Origin: Azolla caroliniana
Taxonomy: Eukaryota > Plantae > Polypodiophyta
NCBI GenBank assembly: GCA_043228905.1
Contig: JBHGNT010000011.1
Span: forward strand, 19,406,001 to 19,470,000
Direction of reading: 5' to 3'
DNA length: 64,000 bases
Under the pieces are notes generated by a model, which saw nothing but the letters and a program-made list of their open reading frames with translations, searched no databases and was not told the origin of the DNA. Each line of letters begins with the position of its first letter. The first letter of the stretch is position 1. Position numbers and translations under genes: made by a program. Positions 53,156 through 64,000 of this stretch are shown one piece after another.

Positions 53156-55281
53156 AAATCCTCTCGGTTATCGGAACCGAGGGAGTCGCGGTTACGCTCG
53201 TGGTTCGGCCTAACCGTCAAAAACTGGACCGAATGGCGCCCGTCCTGGCTCTTGACCCGCGCATAGGCCGAACCATTGTCCAGCACCTTGGTCTCCATTC
53301 GCGCCGCCGTGATGTACGGCTCTCCCAGTATGACCGGATGCGAGGACGTCTCCTGCACGAAGAAGTGCTGGTCAATCTCGACGTCGCCGATCTTGACTCG
53401 CACATTCGGACAGGCCCCGTGCAGTTCCTCGGTGGCGCGCGTTGCTGCCCTTATTTTCCACCCGTGCTTGGTGTTGATCGGCCATTTGCCCTTCTTATAG
53501 AAGTCCATGGACATCAAATTGATCTCCGATCCGTGGTCTACCAAAGCTATCACCGGTTCCTGGACATCGCCGATCTTCACCGGGGTTTCCGTGGTCGCTC
53601 GGGCCCAGTGCGGTCTCGAATAGTGGCTTTCCGCCCACTCGTCTCCCAGCGCCATGTCGTCTAGGTGCGTCGTCCGTACTTCCACCGGTCTTTTCGGTTC
53701 TGTCTCCGTTGACAGCCTCTTCCGTTTCACCAAGTCCACGATGGAGTCGTGGAACTCCTTCTTGGCGATTCCCAGCACCTCCCGTAGCGACAGCTCCACC
53801 TTGCTGTCGAGGATCCGTTCCTCCAGGACCTTTCGTAAGTCCGTGGTTCTTTCTATCTCCGTCCCCAGACGGTACCCGCCCTTCTGGGGTTTATCTTGCG
53901 TACCGGCCCCGCCGGCTTCGTCCCGTCGTGGCCCGGACCGGGTCTCGTATCGTTGTGAGGGCCCGGTCGTCCCGGGTTTCCCCACCCGCTTCTCTTCTAC
54001 CAGAGCCTCGTAGTTCCGGCAAGCGGCTTCCACAAAGCCCGTCTTTTCCTCGACCGGGTCGCTCCACCCGGTCATCTCCCGTACCCGTTTCTCCGCACGG
54101 TCCGATTCCTCCCTCTTCATCCTCGTATCGGCAAGGCCTTCCAGCACCGTCGGCCAGAATCCGGCTTTGCTTCCTCTTCGGGCCTCGTTGCCCCCGACTC
54201 GAATACCGGCCGACGCCGAGTAGTGGACGGTTTCCGCATGTCGGGCCGCCGCCTCTTCCATCAACCTCTTCATTCCGCCTCGCCCGTCGTTTCGGTTTAG
54301 GGCCCTTCTCGTGTCGTTGGCGTGAACCCGGCCTTCCCATAGGTATACCACCCGGTTCTTCAGCGCCTCTGCGAAATCGCCGCAGTCTTTTCGGATGTGG
54401 CCGACCCCGTCGCACCACATGCACCTGTTCCCCGCCACCGGCCGTCGGTCACGAGCAGGTCCTCCGCCTTCTCTGCGGGCTTGTGCGATTTGGAGGTCTT
54501 TTATCGCCCTCGTCAGTTCCTCCAACGCAGCTCCTCCAGTCGTGCCTCTGATCACGCCGGTCGGAGCTGAACCGGATTCCAGCCACTCCCGAGTCTCTTC
54601 CCTTCGCACCGGCTGCGCCGGCTCGAGTATCCTCGCCGCGACTGAGCCCGACCCGGTTGCTCTGTCATCCTCCCATTCTCGCCGTTTGTCGAAACGGCCG
54701 CAGGCTCTCTTGACCGCCGCCCAGTCGGCTGTCAGCCCGTCTTCGGTTTCTAGCAGGGCGCCCACGTGACTCCGATCCCTCTCGTCAACCGATTTGACGA
54801 ACAGCAGGACCCGGCTTGTATCCAGGACCATCCTGTCAAGCGCCGAAAGGCGCGCGAAGTTCTCCTCGAACTCCCGGAGGAGTGCCGACGCATTCCTTCC
54901 TTTCCCGGGAGACTCCACCCACTCCATGAAGCTTCGCTTCGAAAGCCGGAGCGCGTCGTCCAGTCCGTATTTTTCCAGGAGCCGACCTTCGAACTCCTCC
55001 CAGGTACGGCTCTCCGCCCGCACCTCGAGCACCTCCGCGTGGATGCTCGGCATCGCCACTCGGGGAAAACCGGCAAGACGCCTGTCTTCCGGAATGTCCC
55101 GCATTAACATTTCCGCACCGTAGGACGCCAGGTACTTCGTGGCATCTTTTCCGGTGAATCGACCGATCGTTCCGACGACCGCCTCAATAGCTCTATCGAG
55201 GGCGCCGGTGCCCTCGCGCGCGCTTACTATCCGATCCACGGCCGAAGCCATGGCCTCTGCAAGATCCGCCCCCACCTTCAT
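53152..55281 (-). CDS. gag: gag-protease ORF (709 aa)
   Basis: Zinc knuckle CMWCDGVGHIRKDC. Aspartic protease ALVDHGSEINLM...VILGEPY. ATG lies ~20 nt after the PBS. Confidence 0.93.
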   Translation of the reverse strand: MKVGADLAEAMASAVDRIVSAREGTGALDRAIEAVVGTIGRFTGKDATKYLASYGAEMLMRDIPEDRRLAGFPRVAMPSIHAEVLEVRAESRTWEEFEGRLLEKYGLDDALRLSKRSFMEWVESPGKGRNASALLREFEENFARLSALDRMVLDTSRVLLFVKSVDERDRSHVGALLETEDGLTADWAAVKRACGRFDKRREWEDDRATGSGSVAARILEPAQPVRREETREWLESGSAPTGVIRGTTGGAALEELTRAIKDLQIAQARREGGGPARDRRPVAGNRCMWCDGVGHIRKDCGDFAEALKNRVVYLWEGRVHANDTRRALNRNDGRGGMKRLMEEAAARHAETVHYSASAGIRVGGNEARRGSKAGFWPTVLEGLADTRMKREESDRAEKRVREMTGWSDPVEEKTGFVEAACRNYEALVEEKRVGKPGTTGPSQRYETRSGPRRDEAGGAGTQDKPQKGGYRLGTEIERTTDLRKVLEERILDSKVELSLREVLGIAKKEFHDSIVDLVKRKRLSTETEPKRPVEVRTTHLDDMALGDEWAESHYSRPHWARATTETPVKIGDVQEPVIALVDHGSEINLMSMDFYKKGKWPINTKHGWKIRAATRATEELHGACPNVRVKIGDVEIDQHFFVQETSSHPVILGEPYITAARMETKVLDNGSAYARVKSQDGRHSVQFLTVRPNHERNRDSLGSDNREDF

Positions 55282-55303
55282 TTCCTACTCTTCTGCCGCC
55301 TCT

Positions 55304-55321
55304 TTCACGTCGGGTTCACCA
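55304..55321 (-). other. Primer-binding site complementary to tRNA-Trp
   Basis: Plus strand TTCACGTCGGGTTCACCA matches, as I recall it, the 3' 18 nt of plant cytosolic tRNA-Trp(CCA). It lies 3 nt from the 5' LTR. Confidence 0.85.
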
Positions 55322-55324
55322 AGA

Positions 55325-56019
55325 TGTGGGGTTTGCTACGCCCTTGCGTGCAGAAAGGAGGAGGGACCACGGGGGTCTTGGACCGAAGAGCAAGAGAGAG
55401 AGGAGTAAGAGAGAGAGACCCGATTACACAGAACCGAAGATTGCATAGGGACACGGCCCAACAAACAGAGATCACAAATAAACGCCGACGCAGATGGACG
55501 CAACAACGAAAGATATGTACTTATGAATGCAAGAAAATAACAGACTAAAGTATTACAACCCACGGTGGGGCACGAAATAGATACTAACGAAAACGAACAG
55601 GGCGGCGAACAGATGCCGACCCCTGTATGTCGCGACGCACAGAAAGGGAAAACAGGTCGGAGGTGCTGCAGGACGCGCTCGGGGCGTTCCACGGAACAGC
55701 GCAAGCCTCCTCGAAACCTGCACAGGTACGCGATGGAGCAGAAGACAGAGAAGGCAGGAGTGAGAGAGAAGCTCCGAAATCGGTTCGGCAGCACTTCGTC
55801 CTCTCCGCGCGAGATACCCCACTTCTAGTCTTCCTCCTCCTTTTATAGCCCGTCAAGAGGCCGTTTGGCATTAACTGCATACCAACCGAATCTACCCACC
55901 TAGGATCCTCGTATGTACCTACTTCGATCTTAGGTACTTCTTGGCGCGCGCGTGTGTGTAGAGCCGTTTCCCACGCCTTGTTCCCCCGATTCCTCTTGTG
56001 GGCGGTTTTCTTCACGACA
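55325..56019 (-). repeat. 5' LTR (695 bp)
   Basis: TG...CA ends; matches 48897-49591. Confidence 0.97.
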
Positions 56020-56444
56020 GCGCTATTATTTGTCCTTGACATGTAAAGCTCACATGTTATATGCCTCCCCTCATGGTTTGGCCTTGACATAATGTCACCA
56101 CTTAGACTTTCTCACCACCGCTTGTTTTATTAGTGCGTCAAAGAGTTCATCACTGCGTTTTGATACTCAGGAGCTATTGGTAGGACTTCCTAACTACAAA
56201 ACAAATAATAGAAAGCATTTTCTTCATCACTACACTTCGTATTGGTAGGGTACATGTAATCAAATATGCCAAGTCCACTAATCCAAATCATTGTCGGCAA
56301 TGAACTCATTATAAAGCATGCATCTAGAATTTAGCTCGTATATTTGTTGTACTTGTAGCTAGTGTCCATCGTTGAGTGTTTGCCCACGAGGGACTAGCCC
56401 TCTTGCATTTGAGCCTTTGTAAGTTTTTGTTAAGAGTCTATTAC

Positions 56445-58920
56445 TAATCAATAGACCAAACTAAAGTAAAAGAAGGAAAATAGAATGGATAGAAGAACCC
56501 TTTCCACCCGACCACCCCCGAGCTATGATCTAGACATAGCCAACCTACCACCGACATCCCATACCGCCGGATATTAGGATGACTAATACCTTGGAAGAGA
56601 TAAACACGATTGTTGAGACGAAAGCCTAGCCCACACCACCGGTGTCTAAGACAACAACCTTCCGACGTGATGTCATTATGAGGGTAGCTAAGCCTCATAT
56701 TTATACCTTTTCCTAGGCCCCTTGAATAGATGTGTCTTTCTAAAAGGCTCTCTATTCATTGGTTGTCCAAATCATGATAGTGCATGCACCTATCATTCAT
56801 TCTATCCAATCATTAGTCCCCCTTTTAACATTAGTGAACATACCCTTCACTAATGTAAATATTGGTGACCTACCCTCGCCAACGTTATGTGAGGAAATTG
56901 TGCCTTAAGAGTATGCTCACGTTCCTATGTGGCATCATCAATAGGTTTATCCATCCATTGGATCTTGAATAGCCGAATCTCTTTAGAACGTAAACGTTTG
57001 GTACGAGAATCAAGAATTCGTTCAGGAACATGAGGTTTGTAAGAAAAATCCTCTAATGTTACAAGATCTTGGATTGTGATGGTGTTATCACCAGAGCCTA
57101 AAAATGGTTTTAGATGACTAACGTGAAAAACAGGATGAATACAAACGTTACGGGGTAAGGCAAGGTGATAAGCCGATGACCCAACCCGCTTAAGGATTTC
57201 AAATGGGCCACAATGTCATGGGGCTAACTTAGCGCACTTGCCTATAGACAATGACGTAGAGTCAGTAGGGACACGCAATTTTTTTTTTTGACCAATAGTA
57301 AATGCACGAGGACGTCTATCCTGATCAGCATAAAATCGAGCACGATCTTGAGCTATCTTGACATTCTCTTTGGCAATATGCAACATTTGGTTCATGTCTT
57401 GCAAAAAATTGCGTGTATTGTCTAATGTATCACAATGATTCATGACATCAACTAGGGCACGTGGCTGAAAACCATACATCAACATAAAAGGACTATATCC
57501 AGTGGATGTATGTTTAGAGCTATTATAGGCAAATTCTAAGATAGGAAGGTATTGCTCCCACTTAGAAGGAGTTTTTGCTATATAAGCTCGAAGCATGTCC
57601 TCAATAATTTGATTAACTCGTTCGGTTTGTCCATCAGACTGAGGATGATCTGTGGAACTCATGCTCAACGTAGTTTCTAGTTTCTTAAAGACTTGAGTCC
57701 AAAAGTCGCTAGTAAACTTGGAATCTCGATCACTAACAATATCCATCGGTAATCCATAAAAACGAAATAACTCATCAACAAATTGATAAGCCAATTGTTG
57801 AGCAGTTACCGTGGTTTTGGTAGGAATAAATCTAGCCAATTTTGTTAGTTTGTCAATGACAACCCAAATGGCATCATGACCCCTCTGTGTACGAGGTAAA
57901 CTAACAATAAAATCCGTCGAGATACTTTCCCATTTGTTGTCGGGAATATCTAAGGGATGTAAAAGACCAACAACTTTAAGTCGTTCTGACTTATTAATCT
58001 TACATTGGAAGCATTGAGTTATGTATTTATGCACATCAGAGCGCATCTTAGGCCAAAAAAAAGTACTCGAGATGAGAACGAGTGTGCGTTGTATTCCAAG
58101 ATGACCAACATATGGTGCATCATGACATTCATGAATAATTTTTTGTTTTATGTTTGGTAAATTTGGAACACAGACCTTTCCACTACGACAGAGCAAACCG
58201 TTTGTAATGTGAAAGGTCACCTTTGAGGGTAGGGTGCTAGTATCAACATCTAAACCAGATTCGGCTTTCGTCCAGTATTTCGAAAAATAACTGTCATCAA
58301 GGTATTTCCCTCGAAGGTGATCTAAAAGATAAGATTTTATTTTCGTGAAGCTAAGCATGTTAACTTCTTTAATGCGACTAAGAGCATCCGCAACAGTGTT
58401 CATAAAACCCTTGCGATACCGTATTGAAAAATCAAAATCTTGCATAAGGTCAGCCCAACGGCCTTAACGACCAACAAGATCTGGCTAGTCACAAAAATAC
58501 TTCAATGATTGATGGTCTGTTGTAACCACAAATTTATTTCCATAGAGATAGTGCCTCCATCTTTTAAGTGCATGTATTACCGCAAACAACTCTTTCTCTT
58601 GAACTGAATACCGAGATTGAGCAGCATCAAGCTTCTTACTTTCAAAAGCAATAGGGTGACTGCCTTGATAAAGAACGACACCAATAGCATAATCGCTAGC
58701 ATTGGTTTCGATTGAGAAAGGCTTAGAAGGGTCCGGTAATAGAAGAGTGGGAGCCAGACAAACATGCTCTTTGAGTGTCTCAAATGATTTGTCAAGTTGT
58801 TCATTCCATGCAATTGGTTTGACAGACTTACGTGGATGACCTTTTAAAAGGCCAGTTAATGGCGTAGTCAATTTGGAATAGTTACGAATTGATTTTCGTA
58901 AAAATCCAACAAACACATTG
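56445..58920 (-). mobile_element. Decayed Ty3/gypsy chromovirus fragment: RNase H, integrase, chromodomain, PPT and putative 3' LTR (~56445-56812)
   Basis: RNase H: ETNASDYAIG, EKEL, TDHQSL. Integrase: HDAPYVGH..CFQC, SDRDSKF, DGQTERVN. After an in-frame stop come GPFEIL, HPVFHVS and chromodomain PERILDSR..FKIQW..DAT*ERE. PPT AAAAGGGGGA at ~56817-56826. Several nonsense mutations. Confidence 0.88.
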
Positions 58921-60092
58921 AATAGTCAATGCCATACTGGCCTGCCTCATTTCGGCCAATTGATTCAAGGTAGTAGTGAGCAATTGCTCAATAGTGATCT
59001 CAACTTGTGTGCAAGATGCGGATTGGAGTTGAGAGGTCTCGGTCGGAGAGATTGCTCCAACATTGTTCAAAACTTGTTCCATGATGCAATTTGTGGGTAT
59101 GCAATATAAATAAGGAGGTTCAGAAAATACACACGCAAAATGAATGCTTGAAATTTTGATTGTAAGAACTTTACCAAGAAAGCATCTCACATCTTTACCC
59201 CTCTAGACATATGAGATATGATTCGAGATCCGATAACTATGGTAACACTATGGTGTTTAAAAAACCATGGGGGAAAACATAGCTAAGATGTCTTTCTCGG
59301 ATCTCTATCTTGAATAATCATGGCGGCTCCCTGAGGCTCAACCATGGTTCTAACATCAACGTAGTTTCCTAGTTAGTCTTATATTAGAATGCCAACCCAA
59401 CATGTATTGATATGGTAGAGAAAGTATATTACGTGAAAAAACAAGTGCACTCACAAGTAATATTCTAGTCTTGTGAGTAACAAGCAAATGTTATGACAAA
59501 AACAATAAAATAAGGCACTACCCATAAGAATCAAGCAGTGACGAAAACAAGGGTAAAAAAACCCATGTGTTACCTACTAAAAAACAATGTCACAAATAAA
59601 TGGATGGTACGAGGTATGCACATATACATCCCAATATGGTGGTTGTAATTTGCACAATTGTGACATAAGCCACAAATTGATACAAGTGGCAGTGGTGTTG
59701 TGCACAAATATGTAGAACTCAAATCTATGAGTAAAACATCAATAGGGGAACTCATGTGGTTTTACTCGAGTTTTAAGGCTCGATAATATGAGTTAAACCT
59801 AGATGAGCCGTTGGAAAAAATCATTCAAAAAATGGCATGATGCCCACTCAATATTAAAAAATAGTCTACATGAATCGTTACACCATTAAACATACGTAAA
59901 TAGTGTAGATGAACTTAAAATAAGGGCAAGAAAGAGAGTTAATTGTGGGTGGGTAAATGATAATTACTAGAAAATCATACAAAAGTGAAACGAAAATTTG
60001 TGTAATTAGAAATTAATTAGAATAATAATAAATTAGGTGTATGAATCATTAACCATGCCTTAAGGTATGAAACCCTAAGGTAGTCAACATGC

Positions 60093-60540
60093 ACCTCCTC
60101 AAGACCACCACATCTCCCTAGAATCGACCAATTGATGGCTCAATAAGGAGTAAAGTGGCATAGGTAACCGACATATACCTCGTTAAGGCCACAACATCCC
60201 ATAGAATCGGCCAAGTGATGGCTCAATAGAGAGTAGAGTGGCATAGGTAGGCGACATACACCTCGTCAAGACCACAACATCCCATTGAATCAGCCAAGTG
60301 ATGGTTCAATAAAGGGAAGAGTGGCATACTCAACATTAGATGCAAAAGGGCCATGAGGTGAGCATGTGCGATTAGGGCAAACACGCTCGACCCGATGCAC
60401 AAGATTAATTATTATCGTAAGAGATGGCTCAAGAGAGGGGAGAGTGGGAGATACATCACAATATGCAAAAGGGCCATGAGTTGAGTGTGTGCGATTAGTG
60501 CAAACATGCTTGACCCGATGCATAAGTAGATTAACATCGT
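60093..60540. repeat. Diverged tandem repeats (~83-bp x3, followed by ~120-bp x2)
   Basis: Recurrent CACCTCGTCAAGACCACAACATCCCATAGAATCGGCCAAGTGATGGCTCAATA..AGTGGCATA, then TGCAAAAGGGCCATGAG..CCCGATGCA twice. Confidence 0.8.
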
Positions 60541-60785
60541 CTGATGGTAGAAAGAAGAAAGAAAAGAAAAGAAAACGTAATACCACTTCCATATGACCAA
60601 GAAGAAAGTATCATAGAAAAGAAAAGAGAGATCGAGAAAGAAGAATACCGGGTTAAGAATGTTGTGTTTGATCCTGTGAAGAGCATGACGAGCCTTGTTA
60701 GATCCCCATCGCTCACACGCAAAAAACATCAAAACAACAAAAAAAATTGTTAGTAAATGCTCTGACGGGATTTGAGTGACGGGAT

Positions 60786-60876
60786 TTAACCATGGTTAAG
60801 ATGTTTAACCATGATTGAGACATTGAACTATGGTTAACATGTTTAACCATGATTGAGGGCTTTAACCATGGTTAAG
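60786..60876. repeat. Array of ~5 palindromic TTAACCATGGTTAA-type units
   Basis: Perfect palindromes at 60786 and 60862, with variants between them at ~19-bp spacing. Confidence 0.8.
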
Positions 60877-61131
60877 GTGGCGCAAGATCGTTAGGAGAAA
60901 CTCGACACTTCCCTGAGCGTCTCTTCGGCGATGGCGATGGCGATAGCGACGGAGACATAATCAGGGATTCCCCCAGCAGAAGCGGAGAAGGACACAGCGT
61001 TTCCGCAATCACAGAAGCGTTTTTTTGGCTCATTTACCTGGCGGAGAAAAACTACACAGTCATACGATTCTCTGTCGTTCTACGTTTCTCCACTTGCTTC
61101 ATTCATCTGCATCCATTTTAGATATTTCTCC

Positions 61132-63372
61132 ATGGCCAAGAACATTGAAGTTCATCCTGGTCGCAGATCACCTGCAAAGGATCGAGGTTGGTTATAAATT
61201 CTTCCGGTTTCGTTATCCTTCGTTCATATATCTGTCACTGTTATGTATGGATAACTACAAACTGTGTGTGTGTTTTTTCATAGACTCCATTGTCAATTCA
61301 TTCCGCAAAGAAAAATTCATTTTTGTGTATCAAGGGAATGTTGAAGGTTGTCCTCGGTCAAGACTTCTTTTTCTCTTTGCAAAACTATCCACCATGTGTA
61401 AAATAAAGCTGATTAAGAATCTGGGCTTTGAGGAAACTGTTAGACCTAGAAATACGGAATTTCAAGTAAATCCTCAGAACAGCAACATTCTGATCCTGTT
61501 CATATTGTCAATATCTAGAAAAGCAAATTTTTTTTATCTGATCTATGGATCATACCGATTTTCTCTACTCATATCAACGTGAAATTCACTCATTACCACA
61601 CCTGCTTTTGTGTCTTTTCACAGTATTTCATATGATTAATAAACATTCAGTTAGAAATTGGCCGAGCATTATATCATTTGTACAGGGTTTTGGAATGAGA
61701 TAATTGATAGAGTAAATCATACCTCTTCTTGCAATGATACTGCTAGACTGAGTGCTCTATTATTCTCATTTTTAAATGAAGTGAGATTGCAAATATTGTA
61801 GTACTCAAGCTAGTTTCTTACAAATTAATCCTAATTTTTGCAAATATAATCTCCTGTGAAATATGATTATCTGGAACCGGATGGAATTTTATAGATATAA
61901 CTGTGACATTACCTTTTTTGTGTTCTGAGATTTCTTCAACATGAAATTAGATACTCAACTATAACTCATATGATTTCTCTCAATGAAGCAAGAAGGATGA
62001 TTTAGAGAAGTTGCAGTTTAAAAATAAGAAGCTAATCTTAACTTTTTCAGACTACATTTGAGAAACAGTAACATGTAAAATTCTTAATAGAGATCAAGGT
62101 TTGTGAAAAGAAGGAAATTAAAGTTGAATGAGAAAACATTTAGGTTACATCACATCACAATCAGACTCTTCTGCTGATGAAAAAGGAAATATACGTGTTT
62201 TTGTTCGAGTGCGACCACTAACAAAAGAAGAAATAGACAGAGGAGAGAAATCGTGTGTACAAGTTTTGAAAGATCAGACACAATTTATCAAGGTAATGAC
62301 TACCATCAGCTCCCGATGGGTGTTGATTAGAAATACTCTCTTCTGGTCTCATAAATGCAAAGATTAGTATCTTTAACAAAGGAAATTTAAAGGCTACACA
62401 CAACTACACTCTCTTGTAGTGATTCAATTTTCCTGAATTGAGCTGTATTTGCTCAATGATGTAGCCCGTTATTAGCAATCAAGGTAATTTAGTAGGCACA
62501 CTGTGAGCAAATTCAATTAACAAGTTTATACACTATCTGGCTCTAATGACTTTCGATTTCAATGTATTCAATAAGAAAGATTAGGATTTCTTTCACTTAG
62601 TTTGACTGATTTAGAGCAATTCAGGTTAATGTTTCTGAGCACTTCCACAGTTCTGATGAGGTAAACTACATGAGAATTTTTAGCATGATTATGTCCCTTT
62701 GGATAATTGCGATAGCAGGTAGACAAGGTTTACAACATTTTAGGCTTAGTAATTAGCATTATTATTTAGGATGATGTAAGTGCATGTCTAGCCGACATAC
62801 ACACACATATATGTATGTATATATAATATGGTCTACTTGTTTATTTACTTTGTGATTCTTTGTATTCCTTATGCTTTCAGGTTGTAGATTACGGGTACGG
62901 ATACAATGCATTGACAAGAAAGTTTCAGGTATATAGGTCACATATTTAAAAGTTGTATTAATATTCCATGATAGCCTTCCTGAATCTCTCTTCAATTTAT
63001 AGTTTGATGGTTGCCTTAGTCATGAAGTACGGCAAGATCAGATCATGGAAAGGTGTGAAGTGCAGAAACTTTTAAATTCTGTGCTAGATGGCTATTCCTC
63101 AGCCGTAATAGCTTGTGGCCAAACAGGCTCGGGTAAAACATACACCATGTGTGGTCGAAATGAGGTTTGCACTACTACATTTCATCATCTTGTTAATGTT
63201 AGTAGTAGAAGATACATAAGCAATGCATATGCAGGAAAGAAGCAGCCATGAAGATGGTCTTATTGCCCAGTGCGTAGAATGTATATTTACAGCTATGAAA
63301 TCACATGCTACTGGTAGCAATAAGAGATCCTTTTCTTTGCGAGCATCTTATTATGAGGTCTACAATGAACAG
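61132..63372 (+). CDS. Kinesin motor protein, 5' part (KIF12/kinesin-16-like); continues beyond the window. Exons 61132-61186 (tentative), 62144-62292 (or from ATG 62128), 62881-62928, 63003-63164, 63235-63372
   Basis: NIRVFVRVRP, FQFDGCL, VLDGYS, P-loop GQTGSGKTYTM and LRASYYEVYNEQ. The first exon is uncertain. Confidence 0.88.
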
Positions 63373-64000
63373 GTACTGTACTGACGTACCTATGGTACAC
63401 TACTAAACAAGTGATGCTGTAAAATTACCATAAGGAAATTTGTACTTATTCAAACATAGCTTCAGTAAGCTTATTTTGGTACTCGTTTCTATGGAGTATG
63501 GTTATGCTGGCATGCTATACAATATCTACAGTTTATATTATTATTCACTTATGTGAAAGTTGAATGAGAGGTGGAAACCCAGGAAAATAATTATCATGAA
63601 ATGACTAATAGTATAGTTAAAGAAAATAGATTACACTAACATGAAGTCTCTAACACTTCAACTTCCAATAGCAGTCACAACTACATTGGCAGAACTATAA
63701 TGATGGAATTGTTGATAATCATGGTACATTTATGACAAGTTCAAGCAAGTTCTTGCTTACAGCATCCCATGTTCCAGACTTAGTGGAGTCCATTTTGAAC
63801 GGCCATGATATTAATGACTATCCAAACACCCTTCAAACACAACCACTTATATATGAATGTTTCAGAGTTCCATCAACACAATCAAAAGAAGCCGAAGCTT
63901 GGCCCACACAACTGTATCTTGTGGAACTTACCATCACGATGTGAAGGTCTTGCTTGGAATAACTTGGAGTTGTATAGAAGTTTCTAAAATTTTCTAGAAT

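Larger units (their letters stand above)
48897..56019 (-). mobile_element. Intact full-length Ty3/gypsy LTR retrotransposon (non-chromovirus, probably Phygy/Selgy-like), 7123 bp
   Basis: Two 695-bp TG...CA LTRs, 4-bp TSD GCGC (48893-48896 and 56020-56023), PBS, PPT, and uninterrupted gag-PR and RT-RH-INT ORFs. Confidence 0.97.

Noticed and set aside
55304-55321. tRNA-Trp-matching sequence
   Set aside because: Only the 3' 18 nt including CCA are present. It is a PBS, not a tRNA gene.
49745-55408. Numerous antisense and alternative-frame ORFs (up to 311 aa) inside the gypsy element
   Set aside because: Expected from high GC content and codon bias of the real ORFs; no recognisable domains.
61025-61582. 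185-aa ORF upstream of the kinesin
   Set aside because: TTG start, intron-like composition, no domain.

Overview
Eukaryotic nuclear DNA from a land plant. It is AT-rich with GT-AG introns, and the content suggests a seed-free plant such as a fern (inference). Six host genes are present: a DDX10/DBP4-type DEAD-box helicase (+), a three-CCCH plus KH RNA-binding protein (-), CAAX protease RCE1 (-), a Pumilio (-), trehalose-6-phosphate phosphatase (-), and the 5' part of a kinesin resembling KIF12/kinesin-16 (+). Between them lie LINE remnants, a complete 825-bp Mutator-like element with TIRs and an 8-bp TSD, and a decayed chromovirus. There is also one young, intact, GC-rich Ty3/gypsy element (48897-56019, -) with 695-bp LTRs, a tRNA-Trp PBS and a 4-bp GCGC TSD. 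Two observations stand out. (1) The gypsy element has a -1 frameshift cassette (G GAU UUU UAG, 6-nt spacer, candidate pseudoknot) placed after the protease. (2) The TPP leader has a predicted intron-spanning 38-aa uORF. Exon boundaries were inferred by eye from splice signals and reading-frame continuity.
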